Part shown: piece after piece, positions 41,317 through 51,044 of the stretch
Position numbering within the stretch: position 1 is the stretch's first letter
Layout: each line of letters opens with the position of its first letter
DNA from: Phycisphaeraceae bacterium
GTDB lineage: Bacteria; Planctomycetota; Phycisphaerae; Phycisphaerales; Zrk34
Assembly (NCBI GenBank): GCA_040905565.1
Contig: JBBDRF010000016.1
Location: 1 to 54,257, forward strand
DNA: 54,257 bases
Direction of reading: 5' to 3'
Position numbers and translations under genes: made by a program
The notes under the pieces: model-generated
Database searches by the model: none
What the model saw: the letters and a program-made list of their open reading frames with translations, nothing else
What the model was told of the DNA's origin: nothing

Positions 41317-44088
41317 TCAGCCGGTCGTGCGGAGACCGGCGGCGATGCCCTGGATGGAGAGGCGGAGCAGTTCGTCGACGCTTGTCGCTTCGGCTGCGGG
41401 GGTGGATTCGCCGGTGCTGCGGGCGCGGCGGAGCAGTTCGATCTGAATCAAGTTCAGCGGATCGACGTATGGGTTCCGCACGGAAACGGACCGTGCAAGC
41501 CAAGGCGTGCCGGCGAGGCTCTGGTCGTGGCCGGTGATCGCCAGCAGGGTCTTCTGCGTCGTCTCGTATTCTTCCTCGACCATGCCCCAGACGCGGTCGG
41601 CGATCTCGCGATCGTTCACCAGTGACGCATATTCTCGGCCGATGGAAACGTCGCATTTGGCCATCGCGAGTTCGGCATTATCGATCACGGCTCGGAAGAA
41701 CGGCCAGGTGCGGTACATTTCGCGAAGCGTGTCGCCGTGCGTTTCGACCTCTTCGGCGAGCCCGGCACCGAGGCCGAAGAACGCGGTGATCATGTGACGC
41801 GATTGCGTCCAGGCAAAGGTGTAGGGGATGGCACGCAGATCCTTGAGCGAGCGTTCGCCGGTGCGGCGGGAGGGCCGGGAGGCGATCGGCAAAGTCTCGA
41901 TGGAATCGATCGGCGTGGCCTGCGAGAAGTAGTCGACGAAGCCGGGCTGTTCGACGAGCGAGCGATAGCGCTTGAGGGCGCGGTCGGCGGCGCGGTCGAG
42001 CAGCTGTTCCCAGGAATCTTCCAGTTGCCAATCGTCGCCTGCGGAGACCAGAAGCGTGGCCCAGGTGACCTGTTCGAGATGGCGATAGGCAATGTCGGGA
42101 TCGTCGTAGCGTTCGCTCATGACTTCGCCCTGCTCGGTCACGCGGAGCTTGCCTTGGACGGAGGAGGGGGGAAGCGAGAGGATGGAGCGAGCTGCGGGGC
42201 CGCCGCCGCGGCCGAGTGCGCCGCCTCGACCGTGGAAGAGCATGAGTTCAATGTTGCGTTCACGTGCGACGTTCGCCAGCCGGCGCTGAGCGCGGTAGAG
42301 GTGCCAATTGGCAGCGAGGAAGCCGCCGTCTTTCGCGGAGTCGGAGTAGCCGATCATGCCGACCTGCACGTTGCCCGTGGCCTGGAGGTGCTTGAGGTAG
42401 GTCGGGTCGTCCAGCAGGTCGGTGAGCATCTGGTCGGCGCGGCCGAGGTCGTCGACGGTTTCGAACAGCGGGACGAGCGGCAGGGGATGCGGCTCGCTGC
42501 GATCGACGCGGGCAGCCCCGAGGCGCGAGAGCCAGAGCATGGTCAGCACATCTTCAGCGCGGTGGGTCATGCTGACGATCAGCGTGCCGACCGCGGCCTG
42601 TCCGAAGCGCTTGCCGACGCGGTGGAGTAGCTCGAAAAGCGCCAGCGTTTCGCGGGAGGGTTCAGTGAGCGTGGCGGGATCGATGCGTGCGGCGGCGTCG
42701 GGATCGATCGCAGCGGTAAGCAGCGCACGGCGATCACCGGAAGCGCGTTCGAGATAATCGTCGTCCAGCTCCATCTGCTTCATCAGCTCAGCGATGGCGG
42801 CGTGGAGTTGGTCGGAGCCCTGGCGGATATCCAGCGCGCACAGGTGGAAGCCGAAGGCCCGGACGCGGTCGATCCACTCCTGCAATTCGCCGTCGGCGAA
42901 ATCGTCGTGACCGTTGGCGCGAAGGCTTTGCGCAAGCAGGTTCAGGTCGTGCTCGAGGGCGTCGGCGTCGTTGTACGCAGCGTCGGGGACGGGGGTGTTG
43001 AGCGAGACCTGCAGCGTTTGCTCGAGGCGATAGCCGATGATTTTCAGGAAGTGGCGGTAGATCTCGAACGGGCTGATGGCTTGGATCAGGGCGTTCGCCT
43101 CGGGCCAGCGCTCGCGTGCGTGGCGCACTTTCTCGGCGACGGCGTCGGAGACGGGATGGCGACGGGTGGAGATGGAGAGGACGCCGGTGAGATCGCGGCA
43201 GGCCCGGATGTGACGCTCGAGGGCGGCGGTGCGCAGCAGGCTGAACGTCTGCTCGGTGACGTCGGCGGTGACGAAGGCGTTGCCGTCGCGGTCGCCTCCG
43301 ATCCACGAGCCGAACCGCAGGAACGGCGGCACGCGGAAGGTGTGATCGGGATAAGTCTGCGCGAGGGCGTTACGCAGGCTTCGGTAGATTTCGGGGAGCA
43401 CGTTCCACAGCCCCTCAGCGAGGAAGATGCCCCGGCGGACTTCCTCGATGACGGTCGGCCGACGATCGCGAATGGCGTCGGTTTCCCAGAGCGTGCCGAC
43501 GTCGCTGCGGATGCGCGTCATCAGGCGTTGGCGTTCACGGGGCAGCACCTGGGCGTCATCAAGTTCGACCAGATCTCGCCGAAGCCGGCGCAGCGTGCGG
43601 CGGACGGTGCGACGCTTGGCCTCGGTGGGATGCGCGGTGAAGACGAGTTCGATGTTCAGACGGTCCACAAGCGCCTGCACCTGCTCAGCGGTGAAGCCCT
43701 GCTGCTGTAGCTGAACGATGGCCGCCCCGATAGATTCGCCTAGCGGTGCGGGGTAGAACTGCCGTTCGCGGTGGCGGAGGACGCGGATGCGGTGACGGTC
43801 TTCAGCAAGGTTCGCCAGATCGAAGAAGCAGGAGAGGGCGCGGATGAGCGCGTCCATCTGATCGGCGGGGACGGTGGCGATGGTTTGACGCAGATCGGCG
43901 TCGGCTTTCTTTCGGCCGGCCCGGCGCTTCTTGGCGAGGTCGCGGATGCGCTCGACGAGGTCGAAGACGTTCTGCCCGGCGTGACGGCGGAGGATGTGCC
44001 CGAGCTCGAAGCCGAGCATGCGGATGTCACGCCGAAGGGGCTTGTCGGTGATGGAGACGGTCGGGGTGGCGCGTCGGTAGTCGGGCAT
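41317..44088 (-). CDS. ppc: phosphoenolpyruvate carboxylase
   Basis: VFTAHPTE, SWIGGDRDGN, PLFET, GYSDSAKD, FHGRGG, TEQGE, LRAIP, C-terminal GLRTTG. Confidence 0.97.
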   Translation of the reverse strand: MPDYRRATPTVSITDKPLRRDIRMLGFELGHILRRHAGQNVFDLVERIRDLAKKRRAGRKKADADLRQTIATVPADQMDALIRALSCFFDLANLAEDRHRIRVLRHRERQFYPAPLGESIGAAIVQLQQQGFTAEQVQALVDRLNIELVFTAHPTEAKRRTVRRTLRRLRRDLVELDDAQVLPRERQRLMTRIRSDVGTLWETDAIRDRRPTVIEEVRRGIFLAEGLWNVLPEIYRSLRNALAQTYPDHTFRVPPFLRFGSWIGGDRDGNAFVTADVTEQTFSLLRTAALERHIRACRDLTGVLSISTRRHPVSDAVAEKVRHARERWPEANALIQAISPFEIYRHFLKIIGYRLEQTLQVSLNTPVPDAAYNDADALEHDLNLLAQSLRANGHDDFADGELQEWIDRVRAFGFHLCALDIRQGSDQLHAAIAELMKQMELDDDYLERASGDRRALLTAAIDPDAAARIDPATLTEPSRETLALFELLHRVGKRFGQAAVGTLIVSMTHRAEDVLTMLWLSRLGAARVDRSEPHPLPLVPLFETVDDLGRADQMLTDLLDDPTYLKHLQATGNVQVGMIGYSDSAKDGGFLAANWHLYRAQRRLANVARERNIELMLFHGRGGALGRGGGPAARSILSLPPSSVQGKLRVTEQGEVMSERYDDPDIAYRHLEQVTWATLLVSAGDDWQLEDSWEQLLDRAADRALKRYRSLVEQPGFVDYFSQATPIDSIETLPIASRPSRRTGERSLKDLRAIPYTFAWTQSRHMITAFFGLGAGLAEEVETHGDTLREMYRTWPFFRAVIDNAELAMAKCDVSIGREYASLVNDREIADRVWGMVEEEYETTQKTLLAITGHDQSLAGTPWLARSVSVRNPYVDPLNLIQIELLRRARSTGESTPAAEATSVDELLRLSIQGIAAGLRTTG

Positions 44089-44184
44089 GAGGCGATCAGC
44101 ATCCCAAGCGGAAAAATCAGGGGTTCGGCGAGCGATACAGCATAAGGTCCGCGGTGCGATGGCTCAAACGGGGCGGCGGGGAGT

Positions 44185-44258
44185 GTGGCACTGGTGGCTT
44201 GCCCACCAGTGTTTTTGACGTTCGCCCGGCACACTGGTGGAAAAGCCACCAGTGCCAC
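44185..44258. repeat. REP inverted doublet, family E (GTGGCACTGGTGG..CCACCAGTG)
   Basis: 44185-44211 and 44232-44258 are mutually inverted hairpins. Confidence 0.85.
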
Positions 44259-44268
44259 GCGCGCTCAT

Positions 44269-45018
44269 TCATTCGCCCCGACATTCCCAGCAGCAAGTCG
44301 GATAGCGATGCCGTTCCGTCAGCCGTTCCCATTGATTTGAATCTACGCGCGTGTCGACAATCAACTCCGCCCATGCCTGATCGTAAAACGCTTCCATCGT
44401 TGTGGGATAGACGTAAACGTCTCCCTCGACCCGCGTAATCATGCTGAATGCTGCCTCTACGAACTGTCGGCGTAGCGCAGGGTCAAGCTCCTGGTCGTAG
44501 TGGGCACGGCTGAACAGGTTTGCGGGAAACGGACGAAGCATGGTCGAGTGCCTGAGCAAACGAAGCGACTCCTCGGTCACAACTTCCTCCGACTCCGTCG
44601 GCTCCGCCCACACGGGCTCGGGCTCCCTCTGCTCCTCCGCCTTCTCCTCCGCCTCCACCTGCCGGTACCTGCTCAACATGAACGCTGCGACGGCTGACTC
44701 GTCGGCGTATTGCTCAAGCACCGGAACGAAGGCACGAGCATGCGTCGCCGGGTAGATTACATCGTATTGATGGGAACTCCAGATAGCGGCAGCCAGGCGC
44801 ATCGGACCTTGCATCTGCTCGTCGAAAACCTCCAGCGCCTCCTCCGAATCCATAATTGGCGCAGACATCAGCACAATCCCGCGGACCATCTCGGAGAGCG
44901 GATAGTACGCACAGTCTCGGGGGACTGTTTTCAGGACCGCCGCGACGCGCTCGCCGTCACCATAATCCCGCGTCGCTTCGGCGAAAAGCCCCGCAATTTC
45001 GTGGCATGGCGATGACAT
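44269..45018 (-). CDS. hypothetical protein
   Basis: 249-aa ORF filling the gap between the uronate isomerase gene and ppc; no recognisable motif. Confidence 0.55.
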   Translation of the reverse strand: MSSPCHEIAGLFAEATRDYGDGERVAAVLKTVPRDCAYYPLSEMVRGIVLMSAPIMDSEEALEVFDEQMQGPMRLAAAIWSSHQYDVIYPATHARAFVPVLEQYADESAVAAFMLSRYRQVEAEEKAEEQREPEPVWAEPTESEEVVTEESLRLLRHSTMLRPFPANLFSRAHYDQELDPALRRQFVEAAFSMITRVEGDVYVYPTTMEAFYDQAWAELIVDTRVDSNQWERLTERHRYPTCCWECRGE

Positions 45019-45070
45019 TCACAACCTTTCACGCACGTGACGATGAGATGCGGGGCGCGGCCGCGGCGGC

Positions 45071-46375
45071 TCAGCGGCGGAGGAAGTTTTCGAAGTTGTC
45101 GGCGAAGTAGGCGCGGACGTCGCGGTGGACTTCGTCGGTGGTGAGGGGCCAGCCGGTGGCGACGAGGTCGACGTACTTATCGCTGAGCACCTTGCCGAGG
45201 ATGGTGCGGCTGTGGTGCCATTTGTAGATGAGCTGTTCGAGGACGCGGCAATCGGAATGCTGGGGGATGAAACTCATGCCCAGCAGTTCCATCCGCATGC
45301 GGGTGATGTGCTCGATCAGCGAGGGATTGTTGAGGAACCACCAGCAGCCGAAGATCATCAGGTTCCCGAATTTTCGGGCGGCGACGGCCAACTCGTGCTG
45401 GTTTTCAAGACTCAGCATGGTGACCATGAACTTGTTGGAAGGGTTGGCGGCACAGAGGTTGGTGACCGAGCGGACGTCGGCCTGGAAGCCCATGTCGCCG
45501 GCTGCGGCGAGGGCGGGGTTGACGCCGCGCTCGACGCCGATCATCAGCGCCAACGGCAGACGACGCTCGGCGAGGACGGGAAGGATCGCTTCATCGAGCA
45601 CGCGCTGGCCGGGGCCTTCGGCAGGGTAACGCCAGGTCGGCGGCAGGCTCATGGCGAGGTAGATGGCGTCCAGCCGGTCGATCCATTCTTCGAGGAAGCG
45701 GCGGACCTCGGCGATGGACTGACCCGTGAGATCAACGTCGACTTTGTAGCCCCATTCCGCGAGTCGGCGGGCTGCGTTCGGCCAATCGCACAGCAGGGGA
45801 TCGGTGCGGAGGACGGCTTCGAAGCGCGGATCGCTGCCGAGGTCTTCGATGGCCAGCCAACGGTTGCGTTCGTTGTCGTCGAACGGGTCGTTGGTCATGG
45901 TGATCGAGCGGACGTTGGCCAAGGCCATGACGCGGTCGATGTGTTCGTCGGGATCGAGCTGTTCGAAGGCGGCGCGGTGGTCGTCGAGGTCGTGGATGGA
46001 GACGTCGAGGCCGAGCGCGTTGAGGGCGGTGAGCACGCCTCGGCAGGCTTCGGAGATCGGCGAGCGGTCGATGAACAGTTCGCGCCAGATGAGGTTCGCC
46101 TGCTCACGCTTGGGGAGGTTGGCGAACTGCTCGGGCGTAAGGATTTTCGGATCGACGACGCGGAAAAGCTCAGCGACGAGGTAGTGGTAGGTGAGCAGTT
46201 CGTCGAGGCCCCAGAGCATGAGGCCGGTGGGGTCGGCTTCGGTGTCGGGGCCGGCGATGGGGCTGCCGAAGCGGGGGGAGTAGAGGTGGGTGTGCATGTC
46301 CACGATCTGCTCGCCGGCGAGGGCGCCTTCGACCGCGGCTTCAATGGCGGGGCGATCGGTCAACGTCACCAACAT
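45071..46375 (-). CDS. uronate (glucuronate) isomerase-like amidohydrolase
   Basis: DMHTHL, LWGLDELLTYHYL, MTNDPFD, FGCWWFLNNPS, PQHSDCRVLEQLIYKW; Bacillus halodurans-type UxaC features. Confidence 0.88.
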   Translation of the reverse strand: MLVTLTDRPAIEAAVEGALAGEQIVDMHTHLYSPRFGSPIAGPDTEADPTGLMLWGLDELLTYHYLVAELFRVVDPKILTPEQFANLPKREQANLIWRELFIDRSPISEACRGVLTALNALGLDVSIHDLDDHRAAFEQLDPDEHIDRVMALANVRSITMTNDPFDDNERNRWLAIEDLGSDPRFEAVLRTDPLLCDWPNAARRLAEWGYKVDVDLTGQSIAEVRRFLEEWIDRLDAIYLAMSLPPTWRYPAEGPGQRVLDEAILPVLAERRLPLALMIGVERGVNPALAAAGDMGFQADVRSVTNLCAANPSNKFMVTMLSLENQHELAVAARKFGNLMIFGCWWFLNNPSLIEHITRMRMELLGMSFIPQHSDCRVLEQLIYKWHHSRTILGKVLSDKYVDLVATGWPLTTDEVHRDVRAYFADNFENFLRR

Positions 46376-46484
46376 CTCACGTCCTCCAGAAAGACTTGCG
46401 CGGCGGTATGGCTGATCATATGCCGTCGATCAAGCGGCCGCGACGCATAGGGTAACACAGGTGCGGCGCGGGGGATATTTCAAG

Positions 46485-46579
46485 GAGCCGGCTTTTCCCC
46501 AAGCCGGTCTGTGCGGGATGCGCGGGGGGGCGAGCAGTGTGGGAATGCGGCGGCGACCGGGTTGGGGACAACCCGGCTC
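46485..46579. repeat. family G inverted doublet
   Basis: 46485-46509 and 46555-46579 are inverted copies related to 685-709. Confidence 0.85.
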
Positions 46580-46606
46580 TGTGCGGCGCGTGGGAGGGCG
46601 GCGCGT

Positions 46607-47632
46607 TTAGTCGCTGGGTTGGGCGGCGGCGTTGGCGTTGGAGGGGAAGGGGACGAGCTGGTTGCGATCCGGGTCCCAGAGCTTAAGGCGGAGGCAGTGG
46701 GCGATGTCACGCGGATGCAGCGACGTCGTCAACGGGTCCTGCAATTCGGGCATCTCGGCCATCGCTTCAGGCAGGCGGTAGAAGGGGATGCGGGCGTTGA
46801 GATGGTGGATGTGGTGGTAGCCGATGTTGCCGGTGAACCAGGCCATCAGGCGGTTCATTTTGATGTAGCTGGACGACCGCATGGCGGCGAAGACGTAATC
46901 CCACTCGGCACGGTTGCGCAGCTCGACGCCGGGGAAGTTGTGCTGGGCGTAGAAGAGGTAGGCACCGGCGGCGGCGGCGACCATGAAGGGAATGATCGCG
47001 CCGAAAAGCAGCACGTCGGGGGCGAAAATGCCGAGCAGAACCAGCATCGTGACATGGATGACCAATGCGATGGCGGAGTCTTTGTGCAAGCGGGGGTTGA
47101 CGATGAGCGAGCGGATGCACATGCCGTAGAGGAACACGGTGAAGTAGCCGAGCGCGATGGTGATCGGATGCCTGGAGATGGCGTATTGCAGGCGTTTGCT
47201 GCGGCTGGCTTTGGCGTAATCTTCAACGGTCATGACGGGGTAGGAGCCGATGTCCGCTCCGTAGATCTTGGCGTTGTTGCGGTGGTGGTGTTCGTGGGAA
47301 CGGTTCCAGATGCTCGGCGGGTTGAGCGTGATCAAGCCGTAGAAGGACATGATGGCGGCGGCGATGCGGGAGCGGCGCAGCAGGGTGCCGTGCTGGTAGT
47401 CGTGGTAGATGATGAAGAGCCTGACGAGCACCAGCCCGGAAAGGATGCCCAGCAGCATTCGCCATGGCCAGGCGAAATCGAGGCAGATCAGGAAGGTGAG
47501 CGCAGCGAAGATGCCGAGCGTCGACCACAGATGCCACCAACTGTGCAGGCGATTCTCGTGGGCGTACTTTTTGGTGGCCAGCAGGAGTTCTTTGGACTCG
47601 CGAACCGGGGGCGTTTGAGTTGTCGCAACCAC
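46607..47632 (-). CDS. fatty acid desaturase
   Basis: His boxes HDYQH, HEHHH and HHIHH; NIGYHH..IPFYRL; TM segments. Confidence 0.93.
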   Translation of the reverse strand: MVATTQTPPVRESKELLLATKKYAHENRLHSWWHLWSTLGIFAALTFLICLDFAWPWRMLLGILSGLVLVRLFIIYHDYQHGTLLRRSRIAAAIMSFYGLITLNPPSIWNRSHEHHHRNNAKIYGADIGSYPVMTVEDYAKASRSKRLQYAISRHPITIALGYFTVFLYGMCIRSLIVNPRLHKDSAIALVIHVTMLVLLGIFAPDVLLFGAIIPFMVAAAAGAYLFYAQHNFPGVELRNRAEWDYVFAAMRSSSYIKMNRLMAWFTGNIGYHHIHHLNARIPFYRLPEAMAEMPELQDPLTTSLHPRDIAHCLRLKLWDPDRNQLVPFPSNANAAAQPSD

Positions 47633-47737
47633 TTGCTTAAGGCCTGTCTAATAAGGTGGAAAAAGTCGTTTCCCTAGAGTATACCGCGACAGGGTCGGAG
47701 GGTCGCCCCCGGAGGCGGGAAAATGTGTGAAGGTTGC

Positions 47738-47773
47738 AAAAAAAGAACCCACGGCGTGACGCCAGGGGCTTCG
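47738..47773 (-). terminator. family B hairpin with T7 tract (terminator and direct repeat, left copy)
   Basis: 32/36 identical to 48733-48768; abuts the stop codon at 47774. Confidence 0.8.
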
Positions 47774-48688
47774 TCAGGTGCTTGTTGGCGCGTTTTCTCG
47801 CAGGTCGGCGTTTGCGTCGCGGATGATGGACCATGAGGCGTGGAGGAAGAGCCCGGCGATGGCGGCTGCCACCACGAGGTCGGGCCATGCGGTGCCGGTC
47901 CAGGCAACCAGGCCTGCAGCAAGAACAACGGCGGCGTTGCCGATGGCGTCGTTGCGACTGAAGAGCCAGACGGCGCGGACGTTGGCGTCGCCCGTCCGGT
48001 GCGGGATGAGCGCCAGTGCCGCTGCGACGTTGACGATGAGGGCGACGATGCCGAAGACGCCCATGAGGTCGGGCTCGGGCGGCTGCTGTACGACGACGCG
48101 GTATGCGGTGTTTGCCAGGACGCCGAGGCCGAGGAGGCCGAGGAAGAGGCCTTGGATGAGCGCTGAGCGTGCGCGCCAGACGAGGCTCCAGCCGATGGCG
48201 AGGACGCCGAGGCCGGTGATCAGGCCGTCGCCGAGGAAGTCGAGCGCGTCGGCTTTGAGGGCCTGTGAACCGGCGATGAAGCCGCCGATCGTCTCGATGA
48301 GGCCGTAGCCGACATTGAGCACGATGACGATCCAGAGTGCTCGCCGGTATGCGGGGGTGATGTGGGGCAGGTCGCCCGGCGACTCAGCGGAAGCGTCGGG
48401 GGAGTGTGTCACGGAATGGTCGAGGCGGTCGAGCTGATAGCCGATGGCGGCGACGGCCTGTTCGACCTGCAGCAGCTGGGCGGCGGGGTCGTCCACGTGC
48501 AACGTCATGATCTGCGTGGCGGTCGAGATCTTCACATGCGGCACGCCGGCCGAATGCACCGCCTTCTTGATCCTGGTGGCGCAGGAGGGGCAGTCCATAC
48601 CGGTGACGCGGTAGCGGACGGTTTCGTCATTGGTTTTCGACGCGGCCTGATCGATCGCGGACGCTCCTTGTGATCGAAGACGATACAC
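47774..48688 (-). CDS. heavy-metal cation transporter (HMA domain + cation-efflux TM domain)
   Basis: VTGMDCPSCA HMA motif; SQALKADALDFLGD, VWLFSRNDAIGN, WPDLVVA. Start uncertain. Confidence 0.9.
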   Translation of the reverse strand: MYRLRSQGASAIDQAASKTNDETVRYRVTGMDCPSCATRIKKAVHSAGVPHVKISTATQIMTLHVDDPAAQLLQVEQAVAAIGYQLDRLDHSVTHSPDASAESPGDLPHITPAYRRALWIVIVLNVGYGLIETIGGFIAGSQALKADALDFLGDGLITGLGVLAIGWSLVWRARSALIQGLFLGLLGLGVLANTAYRVVVQQPPEPDLMGVFGIVALIVNVAAALALIPHRTGDANVRAVWLFSRNDAIGNAAVVLAAGLVAWTGTAWPDLVVAAAIAGLFLHASWSIIRDANADLRENAPTST

Positions 48689-48732
48689 AGGTGGCCGCCG
48701 GGATGTCGAGTAGAAGCGGGGCAGCGTCCGGG

Positions 48733-48768
48733 AAAAAAAGAACCCACGGCGGGATGCCGTGGGCTTCG
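48733..48768 (-). terminator. family B hairpin with T7 tract (xerC terminator and direct repeat, right copy)
   Basis: 32/36 identical to 47738-47773; 24 nt downstream of the xerC stop. Confidence 0.8.
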
Positions 48769-48792
48769 GGGGATGCGTAAGTGTGGGGCGTT

Positions 48793-49770
48793 TTACGAGG
48801 CCCGGGGGTGGGCCTGATCATAAGCGGCCCGCATGCGGTTGGCGGAGAGATGCGTGTAAATCTGCGTCGTCGAAAGCGACTGATGGCCCAGCAGCTCCTG
48901 CACGCTGCGGAGGTCGGCGCCGTTATCCAGCAGATGCGTCGCGAACGAGTGGCGAAGCGTGTGCGGGCTGATCGTGGGATCGAGCCCGGCATCTTCGAGG
49001 CACTTGTCGAGCTTGCGGCGGACGGAGCGTGAGGAGAGCCGGCCGCCGTTCTTGTTGATGAACAGCGGGCTCTGCTCGCCCATGACGAAGCGTTCACGCA
49101 CGGCGGCAAAGCGACGATCCTCATCCAGCGCGTTCAGGTAATGGTTGATGGCGCTGAGGGCGTGCCTGCCGAGCGGCACGATGCGTTCGCGTTTGCCCTT
49201 GCCTCGGATGATGAGCGCTTCGCCCATCTCGTCGAGGTTCTGGCGGTTGAGTTCGACCACTTCGCTGACGCGGACGCCGGTGGAGTAGAGCGTTTCGAGG
49301 ATCGCCCGGTCACGCGCACCGAGGGTGGTGCGGTCGTCGGGCGTGTCGAGCAGGGCTTCGATCTGTTCGATGGTCATGGCCTTCGGCAGGCGCTTGGCCT
49401 GCTTGGGCGTGCGGATCATGATCATCGGATTGGTCGGCACGAGGGCGCGACGCAGGAGGAACTTATAGAAGCTGCGGAGCGTGGCGATCTTTCGCGCCAT
49501 CGTGGCAGCTGAGTACTGGTGCTGATCGAGGTCGGCGAGGAACTGACGAATCAGCAGCGGGTCGGCGCTGAGGATGGCGTCGGAGACCTGCTGAATGGCA
49601 GCGTGCTCGGCCTGGGCGGCGTTGTTGTGGGCGTTTTCGTCGGGGCCGTCGCCGAGCAGGAAATCGGCGTATTGGCGCAGGTCGGCACCGTAGCAGCGAG
49701 CCGTGAACGGACTGAACTGGCGCTCGAGGTGAAGGTAGTCGAGAAATTGTTGGATCAACGGCAGGTGCAT
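48793..49770 (-). CDS. xerC: tyrosine recombinase XerC/XerD family
   Basis: RDRAILETLYSTGVRVSE, GKGKRERIVP, SPHTLRHSFATHLLDNGADLRSVQELLGHQSLSTTQIYTH; C-terminal HPRA typical of XerC. Confidence 0.9.
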   Translation of the reverse strand: MHLPLIQQFLDYLHLERQFSPFTARCYGADLRQYADFLLGDGPDENAHNNAAQAEHAAIQQVSDAILSADPLLIRQFLADLDQHQYSAATMARKIATLRSFYKFLLRRALVPTNPMIMIRTPKQAKRLPKAMTIEQIEALLDTPDDRTTLGARDRAILETLYSTGVRVSEVVELNRQNLDEMGEALIIRGKGKRERIVPLGRHALSAINHYLNALDEDRRFAAVRERFVMGEQSPLFINKNGGRLSSRSVRRKLDKCLEDAGLDPTISPHTLRHSFATHLLDNGADLRSVQELLGHQSLSTTQIYTHLSANRMRAAYDQAHPRAS

Positions 49771-49840
49771 GGTCGGCTCCCGAGGGGTTTGGCAAGTCAG
49801 CAAGGCAAGGGCAGAGGCGAAACGGGCGAGGCAAGGCGGG

Positions 49841-50083
49841 CTAAGGTTTGGTGATCCAGCCGGGCGTCATGTGTTTCAGTTGATGCTGCATGTGGTCGCC
49901 CATCTGGTGGGAAAGCACCGCTGCGTCGAACCAGTCGAACTCACATGCGGGGTCGCGGGCAGTCTCGGCGAGCGCGCGAAGCAGGCACGCTTCGTCGCCG
50001 GGCGCATAGCGAAACACCCACTGCTGGGTGTCCTTTGAAAGGACCAGCTCGCGGCGTGCATCGGGATCGTTCGCTTCTGCCAT
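49841..50083 (-). CDS. small hypothetical protein
   Basis: AGGA RBS; 80 aa with FDWFDAAVLS; co-oriented between the lipoprotein gene and xerC. Confidence 0.7.
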   Translation of the reverse strand: MAEANDPDARRELVLSKDTQQWVFRYAPGDEACLLRALAETARDPACEFDWFDAAVLSHQMGDHMQHQLKHMTPGWITKP

Positions 50084-50136
50084 GGCGGTACATTCCTAAG
50101 CCCCTTCCGAGGCAGGCGTACCGCTTCGGGAGGGGG

Positions 50137-50949
50137 CTACTCTTTCGAATCTTCCTCAGCGTCGGCGGCGGAGGGGTGCCTCAATTGAAGGCGATCCCAC
50201 TCTGCACGGAACAGCCGACGCATCACTTCGTGTGCGACAAATTCAGTGTAAAGGTCCATGCTGAGCAGATACCGACGCGCCCCGGAGGGACTTTCCAGAG
50301 GCACCCGGCCGGTCGCGTAACCTTTAAGATCACGCAGCACCGCACCGTTGGCAGCATCGTAATGATGACTGGTTGAATTGAGCGGCTGCTCAAAACGCTG
50401 CACGGTGAGGTTGTTTTCGGTGGCGGCGGCGGAAAGACGACGGGCATCATCCAGCGCCAGGCCCCCGTCGGCGGACCGGCGTGAGTAGAGCTGAACGGTG
50501 ACGCCGATGACCGGCGGTTCGTAAGGATCCCACGCGGTGAGGGTGCCGACGAGCAGGCCGTCGACTTCGAGTTCGTCGATCAGCTTCATCGCGTCGTCGA
50601 GGGTGTAGACGCCTCGCATTTCCGAGAGCTCCATCACCTCGATTACGCGATTGAGCGGGAGGACATCGATGCCCGGCACCTGCTGAATCTGCTGCGAAAG
50701 CTGTTCCGCGAAGTTGATGCCGTCGGCAAGGCTTGTGCCGGAATCGTTCCGCAGCGGCGCCACAGCCCAAAGCTTCGGGCCCGGGTAGGGGCTTGGGAAA
50801 ACGCGAGGCTGTTCGATGCGAGGCTGCTGGCAACCTGTGGCTGCCATCACACCGACGAGCAACATCATCAACGCCGCGGCTCGCCCCACCGAGCGCCTGG
50901 AAAGGCGGCGCGAAAGGTGGGGGGGTTGCATGGCCTTTTCACTTGTCAT
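50137..50949 (-). CDS. lipoprotein with CsgG/TolB-N-like alpha/beta domain
   Basis: SRR-containing signal and ATGC lipobox; WAVAPLRN...AEQLSQQI...LEVDGLLVGTLT pattern. Start uncertain (50931-50967). Confidence 0.7.
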   Translation of the reverse strand: MTSEKAMQPPHLSRRLSRRSVGRAAALMMLLVGVMAATGCQQPRIEQPRVFPSPYPGPKLWAVAPLRNDSGTSLADGINFAEQLSQQIQQVPGIDVLPLNRVIEVMELSEMRGVYTLDDAMKLIDELEVDGLLVGTLTAWDPYEPPVIGVTVQLYSRRSADGGLALDDARRLSAAATENNLTVQRFEQPLNSTSHHYDAANGAVLRDLKGYATGRVPLESPSGARRYLLSMDLYTEFVAHEVMRRLFRAEWDRLQLRHPSAADAEEDSKE

Positions 50950-51044
50950 GGCATCCTGCCCGGTCAAAGGTGAGCTCCGCTCACTGGGTTCGCCGGCCGT
51001 CGTGCGGGTCCATCCGCTTGACGGTTGATCCGGCTGTCGCTGTC

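Noticed and set aside
48793..49770. Phage or integron integrase
   Set aside because: Length and motifs match housekeeping XerC; no IntI-specific insertion or phage genes are visible.
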